Source of the DNA: an uncultured bacterium
GTDB taxonomy: Bacteria; Hinthialibacterota; Hinthialibacteria; Hinthialibacterales; Hinthialibacteraceae
NCBI GenBank assembly: GCA_964419335.1
Contig: CAYQOX010000024.1
Span: 1,162-65,161, forward strand
Length of the DNA stretch: 64,000 bases
Reading direction: 5' to 3'
Within the stretch, counting starts at the first letter, position 1, and the number at the start of each line of letters is the position of its first letter. Of this stretch, positions 39,801-48,836 are shown in pieces. Both the position numbers and the translations under genes were made by a program. The notes beneath the pieces were generated by a model, which did no database searches, was not told the DNA's origin, and was given only the letters and a program-made list of their open reading frames with translations.

Positions 39801-39885
39801 ACTCATCGCTCAAGGCGAAAAGACTTGCCGTATAGTGTAATGATAAAAGCAGAGGGATAAGCAAAAAGTATGAGCGTAACTTCAT
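36817..39885 (-). CDS. large secreted protein (1022 aa), function unknown (possibly polysaccharide-active alpha/alpha-barrel-like)
   Basis: Signal peptide MKLRSYFLLIPLLLSLHYTASLFA; no confident family. Confidence 0.5.
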   Translation of the reverse strand: MKLRSYFLLIPLLLSLHYTASLFALSDEYPEQKELANLNQAADWQPTHDVKPLTDTDQGIKIVCTGSDPYILTNPLDFSANQYSVIQMEMKVTAGSQAQLFWSSEQSPAITEDQSKRFMVEVDGEFHTYTLRLKSHERWDGTIKRLRLDPLNTQGEVILRHFHIFNFGGADINVGPFNPQAPFVSLGETVKLNATVRNQGDAKGVVELKILSPSISVEESLKTITLEAESEQSLRWEIPGREEGLFPVQLEWEEKSKKDKAETTQRRLTTLVQISKLDKPRATLEARDWQAQFYAIEDEIGPIRLQIKQEDDWNDLAWIPRAGKLVVQCEDGTEQWLPITPKLHKKTEGSYHLRSRIEDRDGRTWSFSQDLVRHDSPKSALSIHSSIACDHPAEVLHFSGPELYIGEKSFGREKDLAIFPGVEYLDTAAVSSSTEAAHPPVRDHYMPHPYKVTIPLMALTYDHRLISMMWPPNASWAEGYHNPSPKFAVPNRLEKQENHLLGLFAPSVPDYVRENQEIAYKPFALEKDEAMVLESFIYITESNDPNDAVDAWNAFYHEGSLPDPLPEPRSYRESIEMSREAYMTTCWDEEEKGWGHCVGWSPYPSGGMLALLKMDQFLAVTPPNEELDNRIQTVYETILDRYGAKGLGNSAGCHVMTFEPAFFWGVSDFWLSSWHEEAQRHKQNQNEDGSWGFHIYREQQEGLGEEGEVVSGTISPTAMRLMRLARITADPVATQTGLKSLEALNRRSVPRGAQGWECPLASADIMVSAQAARANLDAYRITGEPAYLDYARYWARTGIGFHYLWYLQERPLQMYATIPIFGATFFTHTWRGVPVQWCGLVYAYALQELAVFDESHDWRKLAEGITTSALYQLLTEGPYVGTLPDSYGDYFLTAHGAYINPENIMTNLHALKGNSFNIRTAFVEERTPEATRISANADINDVKAKDGEIVFKVESKEGRLTEILIAPMEKAPKRVLNNQPSLPQRDSLFEQDYGWKYDSEHKALLIHVKHKNEKEAFVIETE

Positions 39886-39953
39886 GATGCTTTGTTTCTC
39901 CTAATCCTCGAAAACATGATATTTATCTCAACAAGATTACCGTGGCTTAGGCG

Positions 39954-39990
39954 AAAAAAAAACCGCTCGGGAGGGGGTCCCGAACGGTTT
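39954..39990 (-). terminator. Rho-independent terminator downstream of sulfatase gene 40207..41979
   Basis: Minus strand: aaaccgttcggga-ccccc-tcccgagcggttt followed by T8. Confidence 0.7.
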
Positions 39991-40206
39991 AAGGGCTTTT
40001 TAAGCGTTGATCCCTATTTTGTACTTTCCTCTTTGTCTTTCTCCGATTCGGATTGTTTATGATTTCCTTGCGGAGAAAAGCCTTTGATGGGCATTTTTGG
40101 CCTGGGAGTCATTGGATCTGTATTGACTCCGCCTCTGCGCACAGAGGCCCTTCCTGGAACATACTGAAATATTGGGTCTTATTTTTACTCATGGGTTTAG
40201 ATCTCC

Positions 40207-41979
40207 TTACCCCTTCACGCGGCGGACTTTCACTGCTTTAAGATCCATCACCATTTCGCCGGGCTTGCTCAGGGCTTTCACGCGTAATTGAGTCTTTCCC
40301 TTCGGTAGTTGCATGCGCCCTAGTTTTAAGGGAGCCCATTCCTTTTCATACACTTCCTTCCGCGGGACGCGATCGGGACTAGGCAAGGGCTCGGGATCAT
40401 GCGCTTTCTCGACAGTTCCCTCAAGCTGGGCATCCGCCGCTTCAACTCGGATTTTTGCACCGACATCCTCCTCGGCGCAGATGTACATCAGGGTGATTTC
40501 ATACTCCCCCGGGCAAACCACATCGATTTCCCAATAGGGATAAGCCTCAGTATCAGTCCATCCAGTCACCCAATCGTTCGCCCAGCCAGAAGGCCCATCA
40601 TAGCGGATGCCCTGATTCTTTTCGGGATGAAGAAAAGCCTCATGTCCGGGCATGACCACTTCAGGATGTTCTTCATGGCCTATCGGGATGGGGATCGGAT
40701 CGAAGCCTTTCTTCGTGACTTCCTGATACCATTGCTCATAAGCATTTTTTAATTGTTGTAAAAGATCAGGATGCTCAGAAGCCACGTTCTCTTTTTGTTC
40801 AGGATCATTCGCCATGTCGTAGAGTGTCCACTCGCCCCGTTCGAAGACCGCCCGCCAGCGTTGACTGCGCACTGCTCCCCGATTGCCCCAATGGTTGAAG
40901 ATCAAACGCTCTGGCCAATCCTCCGCTTGCTCCAGAAGCAAAGGCGCAAGAGTTACGCCATCTAATGGAAGTGTATCCGGCATGGGAATATCGCAGAGAT
41001 CAACCAGCGTGGGCAGGAGATCAATATGGGCGGCGATCGGCTCAACGACAGTTCCCGCCTCAATGGTTCCCGGCCAGCGCACAAAGAGCGGTACCCGCAC
41101 GCCACCCTCATGAGTACTTCCCTTGCGGCCTTTCATGTTTCCATTGTAACGGTCGGAATTAGGGCCGTTATCGGTGAGGAAGAGAAGGATGGTGTCATCA
41201 GTAAGATCCAATTGTTCCAGGCGGTCTACAATGCGCTTTAAGTTATCGTCAATATTTTCACACATTCCGTAGGCGCAAGCGGTTTTATCATCCAAGCCCC
41301 GCTGCTTATATTTATCGAAATATTTGTCTGGCACTTGCCAGGGAGAGTGGGGCGCATTATAGGACAGGTAGCAGAAAAAAGGCCGCTCTTGATTTTGATC
41401 GATAAACTCCAGCGCCGCATCAGTCAAAACATCAGTAATGTAACCCTCGGTTTTCACCATCTCGCCGTTGTGATCCAGGTGGGTATCAAAATAATTATTC
41501 CAGTGGCCGGCACAGAAACCCAAAAATTCTTCAAAACCCTGCCCGTTGGGATGAAAAGGATAATGCGCGCCATTATGCCACTTCCCAAAGCAGCCGGTCT
41601 TGTATCCCGCCGCCTGAAAGACTTCCCCGAGGGTGACCTCTTCGCTGCGCATGGTTTCCTGGCCCCGAGTCACTCCATGGCTGCCGGTACGCATATGATA
41701 ACGTCCGCTCAGCAGGCTCGCACGCGTGGGCGCACATACCGGACTCACATAAAAACGCTCGAACCGCGCCCCGGAATCTCCCAGGAAGTCCATCACCGGC
41801 GTGTCAATCTTGCCATTCCCATGACTATGAATATCACCCCAGCCTTGATCGTCGGTCATGCAGAGGATGACGTTAGGTTTTCGTGTTTCTTGGGCGTGTA
41901 GTGAGCGGTTCAAAGCGATATAGGTGCTGCCTGCGCCGATTGCGGATAAAAAATGTCGTCGTGAGATGGTTTTCTTCAT
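40207..41979 (-). CDS. Tat-secreted formylglycine-dependent sulfatase with C-terminal extra domain
   Basis: RRHFLSAIGAG Tat signal; CMTDDQGWGD; CAPTRASLLSGRY (C-x-P-x-R); ORF 42012 trimmed to ATG 41979 with GGAGG RBS. Confidence 0.85.
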   Translation of the reverse strand: MKKTISRRHFLSAIGAGSTYIALNRSLHAQETRKPNVILCMTDDQGWGDIHSHGNGKIDTPVMDFLGDSGARFERFYVSPVCAPTRASLLSGRYHMRTGSHGVTRGQETMRSEEVTLGEVFQAAGYKTGCFGKWHNGAHYPFHPNGQGFEEFLGFCAGHWNNYFDTHLDHNGEMVKTEGYITDVLTDAALEFIDQNQERPFFCYLSYNAPHSPWQVPDKYFDKYKQRGLDDKTACAYGMCENIDDNLKRIVDRLEQLDLTDDTILLFLTDNGPNSDRYNGNMKGRKGSTHEGGVRVPLFVRWPGTIEAGTVVEPIAAHIDLLPTLVDLCDIPMPDTLPLDGVTLAPLLLEQAEDWPERLIFNHWGNRGAVRSQRWRAVFERGEWTLYDMANDPEQKENVASEHPDLLQQLKNAYEQWYQEVTKKGFDPIPIPIGHEEHPEVVMPGHEAFLHPEKNQGIRYDGPSGWANDWVTGWTDTEAYPYWEIDVVCPGEYEITLMYICAEEDVGAKIRVEAADAQLEGTVEKAHDPEPLPSPDRVPRKEVYEKEWAPLKLGRMQLPKGKTQLRVKALSKPGEMVMDLKAVKVRRVKG

Positions 41980-42029
41980 GGAACTTTCCTCCCATTCTAT
42001 TTTTCCACCCATGATCCAAGTGAACCTAT

Positions 42030-43061
42030 CTATGAGCTTGGCGGGGTGATGTCACGCAAAAACGCCGCCGCTTTTTCCGGAGGCGTAGTCTCTACATAGG
42101 TTCCTACCCGCAGATACCAATCGACGAAACCCGGAGGAATGGGCAGAAACTCAATATGCCAATGATAGTCGAGCGGAACCGTGGCAATATACTCCATCCG
42201 CGGAGGATAAACCGGGGCGGTGTGGATCGTCATAAGAATCCGCCAATCCGGGATGGCCTGTTCCAAACGATAGGCGGTATCCTTGATCATCTCCGCCAAG
42301 TCGAGCAGCCGTTTTTCGCCGCCCACCGTGAAATCCGCATCATGGTGATGGGGGAAAAGATGGACTTCAAAAGGAAAGCGGGAAGCATAAGGGCAATAGG
42401 TGATAAATTCATCGGTGACATGCACGATGCGTTCTTCGTCCATATTCTCTTGCCGGATCATATCACAAAAAATACAGGTTTCCCGAAAGTTGTAATAGTC
42501 CCGCGCGGCATCCAGTTCATTCTTAAGCGTAAGGGGTATAATCGCGTTGGCGATAATTTGCGAATGCGGGTGAATCTTCTTTCCCTTTTCACCACAAAAC
42601 CATTCCCGAAAGATCGAAAACGAGCGCATGCGTTGATCTTTGTGCAGATCGTTGAGGCGATCTAAATACGCACGTAGAATAAAGGAAATATGCTCCGTAT
42701 GCATGCTGAGAAGTGTATCCTCTTGCTTATCGCTTTCAATCACCAGCTCGTGGGCTCCCAGTCCCTGCATTTTATCATAAATACCGTAGCCTTCGCGTCC
42801 CCCCTTGCCTTCCACCCGGTAGAGAGGGAAACGATTCGCGATGACCCGCACCCGGCACTCTTCTTGATTCGATAAGGTGGCAGAATGGTTCCAGAGCATA
42901 ACCGCTCCGGTGGCTTCAGGTTTTTCGAAAACCTTCGAGTAATCCAGAGGCCAATCCTCGATTCGGCTGTTTAACAGCTGCTCGCGTTCAGGATCGTTGG
43001 TCAACAGCACCCAGCCTCCATGGTGAGCATCTCTACGTAGTTCGGAAAATCGCTGTTTCAT
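42030..43061 (-). CDS. galT: galactose-1-phosphate uridylyltransferase family (GalT-like HIT nucleotidyltransferase)
   Basis: HPHSQII (HxHxQ) active-site motif; FCDMI; ~340 aa as in type-1 GalT. Confidence 0.65.
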   Translation of the reverse strand: MKQRFSELRRDAHHGGWVLLTNDPEREQLLNSRIEDWPLDYSKVFEKPEATGAVMLWNHSATLSNQEECRVRVIANRFPLYRVEGKGGREGYGIYDKMQGLGAHELVIESDKQEDTLLSMHTEHISFILRAYLDRLNDLHKDQRMRSFSIFREWFCGEKGKKIHPHSQIIANAIIPLTLKNELDAARDYYNFRETCIFCDMIRQENMDEERIVHVTDEFITYCPYASRFPFEVHLFPHHHDADFTVGGEKRLLDLAEMIKDTAYRLEQAIPDWRILMTIHTAPVYPPRMEYIATVPLDYHWHIEFLPIPPGFVDWYLRVGTYVETTPPEKAAAFLRDITPPSS

Positions 43062-43094
43062 ACGGCTTGTCCTCTCATTCCATGTATGAAGTGA

Positions 43095-44615
43095 CTACTT
43101 CTTGGGTTGATAAAGATAATATCGGCCAATTTGCCTCTGAAGCGAATAATGTTCGCGTAAGGTGTCAATCATTGCTTGACTAAATCGCTCACGATCGATA
43201 TTTTCCTCTTCCAAATCGAAGCGCAAGACCACATAGGTGAACTCCCGTTCGCGTATCCTTGCTAAAAGCGTATCTTCATCCCATAACCCTTGTAAATGTA
43301 GTTGCGTACAAATAAAAGGCTCATAGATAGGCGGGTGACCTGCCATTAAGGCCGTACCGGCTAGATCGGAGAGCACGGGTCCTGCCGTTTCTTGTAAGAT
43401 TCGCTGCACATAACGGCCGGATTGGGTATCCTCGCGCGTGGGAGTATAGGCAAACGCCTGCGAGGTATTAGGCCAATGCCAGGTGTTGAACCATTGAAAA
43501 ACAAAGCCCGCGATCAAAACCATTGCGAGCAGGTGCTTTCCTCTGTTCGTGGCTTCTTTTCCATACTCGAGGATATAAGAAAAAACAATACCTACGCCCG
43601 CCGCTGAGGCGGTGACCAGCGAGAAGAAATAATTCGGGGCGGCTCCCACTTTTCCCGAGAAGAGCGCTTCCCCAAAGGCAAAGAGGGAGAACCACGCCAA
43701 AGGGGTTACATGCTGATACGGATAATCTCTGGATTCACGATGGGCGAAGAGAATTCCCAAAGGAACGCATCCAAAAATCGTGTAAAGAAAAACCCAGTGA
43801 CGGAGAAAATTGAGAAGGTTTTGTGCCGTGATTTCGTTTTGATTATAGAGGATCAAATGGTTTAGGGCTCTGCCTTGGGAGAGGAGTAATAATAACGAAA
43901 AAAGAATGAGAGAGAGAAGAATCAAAGAGAGGAGAAAAGTGATAGCCTGTTTTTTCGATTGAGGGTACAGCGAAAAGAAAATAGCCAGCGGGGCTGCGAA
44001 GAAAGTCTGCCGCGTAAAGAGCGCGAGAAGGCATAATCCCAGGGGGATACGCCAGTCTCTTGTATATATAAATACTGTCAATCCGAGGACGGCAAACAAA
44101 CAACCGACCGAATCCACCCGGGCATAAGCTCCCCAATCATAGACGTGATAAAAAGATAAAAACACGATCGCGCTGAAAACCGCGCTTAGCCGCTCTCGCG
44201 TGTAGTAATAGGTGATGAACCCCGCACAACAGGCAATACCCAAACTCGACAGAAAAGACAACAGCCGCGGCCAATGAAAGTTGGGCCCTGTAAAGATAAA
44301 TTCTGCCGCCAACAGCAAGGGATAAACCGGCGGGTAATTATCCACCAGATACGGTTCTTCCTCGAGTGGGGCATAGAGCATTTCTCCCTGCGCGAGACGC
44401 TGCCCCTGATACACGAGATAGGCTTCACTATTGTCCTGATCGAAAGGAAATTGTACCAATCTTGTTCCGTGATACCCATAGAGAACCGCATACAATCCCC
44501 ATCCCGCCAAGAGCAGGGCCACCAGAATCTTGGCTTTTTTCGCTACGCTTTGGCTCAGGAAGAACGAAGCACTCTCTCGGCGGACCTGCGTATTCTGAGT
44601 AAAGTCATGATCCAT
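43095..44615 (-). CDS. polytopic membrane protein, GT-C-superfamily glycosyltransferase-like (polyprenyl-phosphate-sugar dependent)
   Basis: Eleven or more hydrophobic segments; paired with upstream GT2 polyprenyl-phosphate glycosyltransferase; 61-nt overlap with that gene. Confidence 0.45.
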   Translation of the reverse strand: MDHDFTQNTQVRRESASFFLSQSVAKKAKILVALLLAGWGLYAVLYGYHGTRLVQFPFDQDNSEAYLVYQGQRLAQGEMLYAPLEEEPYLVDNYPPVYPLLLAAEFIFTGPNFHWPRLLSFLSSLGIACCAGFITYYYTRERLSAVFSAIVFLSFYHVYDWGAYARVDSVGCLFAVLGLTVFIYTRDWRIPLGLCLLALFTRQTFFAAPLAIFFSLYPQSKKQAITFLLSLILLSLILFSLLLLLSQGRALNHLILYNQNEITAQNLLNFLRHWVFLYTIFGCVPLGILFAHRESRDYPYQHVTPLAWFSLFAFGEALFSGKVGAAPNYFFSLVTASAAGVGIVFSYILEYGKEATNRGKHLLAMVLIAGFVFQWFNTWHWPNTSQAFAYTPTREDTQSGRYVQRILQETAGPVLSDLAGTALMAGHPPIYEPFICTQLHLQGLWDEDTLLARIREREFTYVVLRFDLEEENIDRERFSQAMIDTLREHYSLQRQIGRYYLYQPKK

Positions 44616-45283
44616 CGTACTATAATTCCCGGAGTGATTTTGGTTTCGCCCGCTCCGCGTTTTCGGTAATAGATCGGCACTTCGATGATACGCGCACCGC
44701 GGCGTTTGAGATAGTACAGGGTTTCCTCGACGATTGATGGACCCGGGGAAATCATCTTATCCCAAGGCAAAGGTTCCAAGGCTTGGCGCCGGTAAACCCG
44801 ATACCCCGAGGTCGGATCGGTATAGTTTAATCCGAGAAGCAACACACTAAGAAAGCGCGCGGTTTTACTATTCAGCCAACGGAAAATCCCGAATTCTTCC
44901 GTACCTCCACCGGGCATATACCGCGAGCCGATCACGAGATCGGCGTTCTCTGAGGCTTCCAGCAGTTGAGGTAAATCCTCAGGATCATGGGATAGATCGG
45001 CATCCATTTCCACCACCAGCCGGCAGGAGGTTTGCGCGGCTTCAGACAATCCTACGATTCCTGCCTTGCCGCGTCCACGATCCCCCTCGCGATGGATCAC
45101 CCGCACCTTGCCTTCGTATTGTTTCGCCAGTTCCTCGGCAACCTCACCCGTTCCATCAGGCGAATGATCATCCACAATGAGGACCGAGAGCTCGTAAGGC
45201 ATGGAAAAGAGTCGTTCGAGTAAGACCGGCAAATTTTCTCGTTCGTTATACGTGGGTAGAAAAACTAAAATCTCGCTGTTCAT
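44555..45283 (-). CDS. GT2 polyprenyl-phosphate sugar synthase (dolichyl-phosphate mannosyltransferase / ArnC-like)
   Basis: VFLPTYNERENL...VLIVDDHSPDGT...DADLSHDP motif set; ORF 45364 trimmed to ATG 45283. Confidence 0.8.
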   Translation of the reverse strand: MNSEILVFLPTYNERENLPVLLERLFSMPYELSVLIVDDHSPDGTGEVAEELAKQYEGKVRVIHREGDRGRGKAGIVGLSEAAQTSCRLVVEMDADLSHDPEDLPQLLEASENADLVIGSRYMPGGGTEEFGIFRWLNSKTARFLSVLLLGLNYTDPTSGYRVYRRQALEPLPWDKMISPGPSIVEETLYYLKRRGARIIEVPIYYRKRGAGETKITPGIIVRWIMTLLRIRRSAERVLRSS

Positions 45284-45398
45284 AGGTAATCTTGATTTTG
45301 GATTCGCATATTTTTCGTTATCGTTGTAGTATAATAGAGAGAAATTAACTCGTTTGTAAGACACTCACGAACTGAAATTGTAGGGGATAAGGAGAAAG

Positions 45399-46403
45399 AT
45401 GAAACAATTTACCACCTTGCTTGTTGTTCTTAGTACTTTATTTGTCATCTCGTGTGGAGAAGAGTCTTCTGATTCCTCCCTCATCGCCCGAGTCAACGAT
45501 CATGAGATTGATATGGATGAATTGAAAGCCTTGGGCAAGATCGCGCTTTCCAAGTCGGGTGTGAAATTCGATTCAGAAGAAGGGCAGGAACGCTTCAAGG
45601 AAATCGCGCCGAATTTATTCAACACCGTCATCGATATTTATGTTATGAAAGACGCAGCCCGGGAAGAAGGGATCGAACCTTCGGAGGAAGAGTTAGAAAC
45701 CGAATTTGTGAAAATGAAAGAGCACCTCAAAAATCAGGGGGCGTATGAACGATTTCTGCAAAACATGGGCTTCGACGAAGAGTCGTTTCGCAAATCCATC
45801 CGCGATCATCTGGCTTTGAAGATTTTGCAATCAGAGAAATTCTTTAGCACGGATTATGAACCCACAGAGCAGGAGATCGAGGATTATTACTATAAAAACC
45901 TGGCTCATTACCGCTATCCCAATCGTTTTCGCTTCAGCCACATCTTCATTGAGGCGGGCAAAGACGAGAGCACGGCGGCTCGGCGGACTGCCAAGGAAAA
46001 AGCGATGAATATCCGGGAACAAATTGGGGAGAATCCCGAGGAGACTTTTGCTGACTTGGCGCGGAGATACTCCGAAGATCCCTACACCGCCTCGGATGGG
46101 GGGGATTTTGGCTTTGTGCTACGCCAGGATCCAAAAATTCAAAAAGAATTTTTGGACGCCGCCGCCGATTTACAGGAGGGAGAAGTCAGCGATGTCATCG
46201 AAACCGATTTAGGCTATCACATCGTTTGGATGACTGACCGCGAGCAATCCTTGGAAGAAGCAAAGGAGGAAGTTCAAGAAGTTCTCATCAACGACAAACG
46301 GAAAGAACAATTTCAACAATGGCTTGAACAAAAACGGGAGAAAATGGAGATCGAGCATTTCTTCGATCCTCATTCCTTCACCTTCTCGGATCAAGAATCT
46401 TGA
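45399..46403 (+). CDS. lipoprotein peptidyl-prolyl cis-trans isomerase (SurA/PrsA-like, parvulin PpiC-type)
   Basis: Lipobox LFVISC; SurA_N-like chaperone region; parvulin domain (FSHIFIEA...DGGDFGFV...GYHIVWM). Confidence 0.7.
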   Translation: MKQFTTLLVVLSTLFVISCGEESSDSSLIARVNDHEIDMDELKALGKIALSKSGVKFDSEEGQERFKEIAPNLFNTVIDIYVMKDAAREEGIEPSEEELETEFVKMKEHLKNQGAYERFLQNMGFDEESFRKSIRDHLALKILQSEKFFSTDYEPTEQEIEDYYYKNLAHYRYPNRFRFSHIFIEAGKDESTAARRTAKEKAMNIREQIGENPEETFADLARRYSEDPYTASDGGDFGFVLRQDPKIQKEFLDAAADLQEGEVSDVIETDLGYHIVWMTDREQSLEEAKEEVQEVLINDKRKEQFQQWLEQKREKMEIEHFFDPHSFTFSDQES

Positions 46404-46438
46404 TCCGCTTTTAAGAAACCAAAGAGAGGGAGGCTCGT

Positions 46439-47671
46439 ATGAGCGATTCAAGACATAAACCAAAAACCGCTTATTGTCCTTGGGGCGTCTTTACCCGCCG
46501 GGATTTCTTGCGTCAAACCGCCTTGGCCGCCGCCGCCGCTTCGAGCGGTTTCATCACGTCCCGCTCTTCTATCGCGGAGGAAGAAAAACCCGTCCCTCGG
46601 GCTCCATCCACCGTCCGCTTTTGCAAACGTTATGATTACCCCGAGATTCGCCGCACACTCGCTTCTATGTTCGATGAACTGGGAACCGTGCGCAAATTAG
46701 TCAAAAACAAATATGTGACCGTGAAGGTGAACCTAGTGAATGTGGCGACCGAACATGTTCATGGTCTGCCGGTGGAAATGACAGTGGTGACCCATCCCAA
46801 AGTCGCCTTGGCGGTAGCAAGCTTACTCGCCGAGTATGGCGCCAAGGAAATCCGTTTTTGTGATCAACTCCCTTACCGGGATCCTGACAACGAAGCCTTT
46901 GGCAAGTATGGCTATGAGATGAATGAATTTCAGCAGGAAACCGAAGGGCGCGCCCGCTTTGTCAACACCCGCAACCGAGGCGAATATAAGGATTATGAAC
47001 TTGTCAAAGTCCCCCAGGGCGGCTTTATCGCCAACGCTTGGGAAGTCAACCGCACCTACACAGAAACCGATGTGCTGGTCTCGTTGGGCAAGCTGAAAAG
47101 CCATGTGTCCGGCGGTATCACCCTGGGACTGAAGAATCTCTTTGGCCTGCCGCCTAGCAGCCTCTATGGGAATGATCTTGAGGATGAACCGGATGAGGAC
47201 GCGATCGGCTATCGCGGCAAAACCATGCATTCCTGCGAACGCAAACCCTTAACCTCTGTCGAGACCTTCGTTGGCAAGACCGTGGAAGGCGATCATGGCT
47301 ATAACGTTCCCCATTGCATCGCTGACCTATCCATGGCTTTCCCGCCTTCGCTCACGGTTATTGATGGGATTTGTACCATCCAGAGTGCTGAAGGCTGGTG
47401 GCTGCGTTCGATGGTCAACGTCGCGCATCCGGGATTATTGCTCGCGGGGACGAATCCCGTTTCGACCGATGCCGCCGGTGCCTTGATTATGGGCTTCAAT
47501 CCCGAAGCCGAACATCGAACTCATCCCTTCGCCAATGGCTTTAATTATCTCAATTTGCTGCGAGAAAAGGGACTCGGGGATAACCGAGTTGCGAATCTGG
47601 AAATTGGAGGAATTGGACTGGAGAAAGCCCGGTTTCATTTTCTCCCAACCTATGAACGGCCGAGGTCTTGA
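46439..47671 (+). CDS. Tat-secreted DUF362-domain protein
   Basis: RRDFLRQTALAAAAASS Tat signal; VTVKVNLV...HPKVALAVASLL pattern of DUF362. Confidence 0.55.
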   Translation: MSDSRHKPKTAYCPWGVFTRRDFLRQTALAAAAASSGFITSRSSIAEEEKPVPRAPSTVRFCKRYDYPEIRRTLASMFDELGTVRKLVKNKYVTVKVNLVNVATEHVHGLPVEMTVVTHPKVALAVASLLAEYGAKEIRFCDQLPYRDPDNEAFGKYGYEMNEFQQETEGRARFVNTRNRGEYKDYELVKVPQGGFIANAWEVNRTYTETDVLVSLGKLKSHVSGGITLGLKNLFGLPPSSLYGNDLEDEPDEDAIGYRGKTMHSCERKPLTSVETFVGKTVEGDHGYNVPHCIADLSMAFPPSLTVIDGICTIQSAEGWWLRSMVNVAHPGLLLAGTNPVSTDAAGALIMGFNPEAEHRTHPFANGFNYLNLLREKGLGDNRVANLEIGGIGLEKARFHFLPTYERPRS

Positions 47672-48816
47672 TCATGCCGCTAACTAAACAATCCTTTTGG
47701 ACGACCTTGGGCGGGGATAATCAACGTACCAGCAGAGTCGAGTCTTCTTTTCCTTCCTCGCCAAAAGCGAAGGCGCCATTGCGCGCCAAAGGGCGTATTC
47801 ACGCGTCGCCGGTTGCTGATCTGCATCAGAATATCTTTATTGCTGATATGAGTGGATTGGTGCAGGCTTTTTCCCGCAAAGGGGCTCGGCTGTGGCGCAA
47901 AACCTTGGAGGATGGAGTCCATGCCACTCCCGCGGTACATTTCGAGACCTCCCAGAAGACCGCTCGTTTACTCATAGCCACGGTAAACGGCTGGCTCTAT
48001 TGCCTAAATGCCGCCAACGGGGAGGAACATTGGAAAGAGCGAATCCCTAGTGAAGGGGATTACCGCATCTTGTCGGATGTATTGTGCTTGCCTAAAAATA
48101 AACTCGTCGTCGTGAGCAGCTGGGGAGAGAAATTTACCGCCCTCAACCTGGAGGATGGCTCGCAGGCGTTCACGTGGGATGCGGGGTCTTTTCCCTACGC
48201 GGCGGCCTCGGCGGCCGCCGAGGAGACGATTTACTCCCTGCGTTCGCGCTGGTCGCGAACCGACCCGTGCGGCATTGCTTTAATCCAAGTGAACCCTTCC
48301 GACGGGGAAGCCGAAACCGCTTATTTCCACGAACTCGATCGTAATCAGGATGTTCTCTCGGTACTCACCGCGCCCGTGATCGATGAGAAGAATAACCGTC
48401 TGTGGTTTATGGTTTACGAGGGCAGAGAAACCCTCCTCTATTGCTTGAATCGCAAAGATGGCGAGGTGGAAGAAATCCGCCGTTTTGAGGGGCATGTCAC
48501 CGCTACCCCGGCTCTGATGGCAGACGGTTCTTTGATTATTGCCGATATGCAGGGACAGGTAAATGCCCTCGATGCGGGTGGTTCTCCCCAATATCACTAT
48601 GACACCGGGGCGGATTATTTATTAAGCGGCCCCATTTGTGATCAACAAGGCAACACCTTCCTCGGCGATGTCTATGGGACAATCCATTGCATCACTTCGA
48701 ATGGCGAAGGCAAGCCGATTGTGGAAGACAAGCGCGGGTTTGAAGGGAAAGGCGCTTTCGCGGGTCAGAATCTCCTCTTCCCATGCGTAGATGGTTCAAT
48801 AGTGGTGATGGGGTGA
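47668..48816 (+). CDS. PQQ-like beta-propeller repeat protein (BamB-like)
   Basis: Repeated NGWLYCLNAANGEEHWK-type blades; 4-nt overlap with upstream gene. Confidence 0.6.
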   Translation: MIMPLTKQSFWTTLGGDNQRTSRVESSFPSSPKAKAPLRAKGRIHASPVADLHQNIFIADMSGLVQAFSRKGARLWRKTLEDGVHATPAVHFETSQKTARLLIATVNGWLYCLNAANGEEHWKERIPSEGDYRILSDVLCLPKNKLVVVSSWGEKFTALNLEDGSQAFTWDAGSFPYAAASAAAEETIYSLRSRWSRTDPCGIALIQVNPSDGEAETAYFHELDRNQDVLSVLTAPVIDEKNNRLWFMVYEGRETLLYCLNRKDGEVEEIRRFEGHVTATPALMADGSLIIADMQGQVNALDAGGSPQYHYDTGADYLLSGPICDQQGNTFLGDVYGTIHCITSNGEGKPIVEDKRGFEGKGAFAGQNLLFPCVDGSIVVMG

Positions 48817-48836
48817 CATCACCTCGCCCCGTGGGG

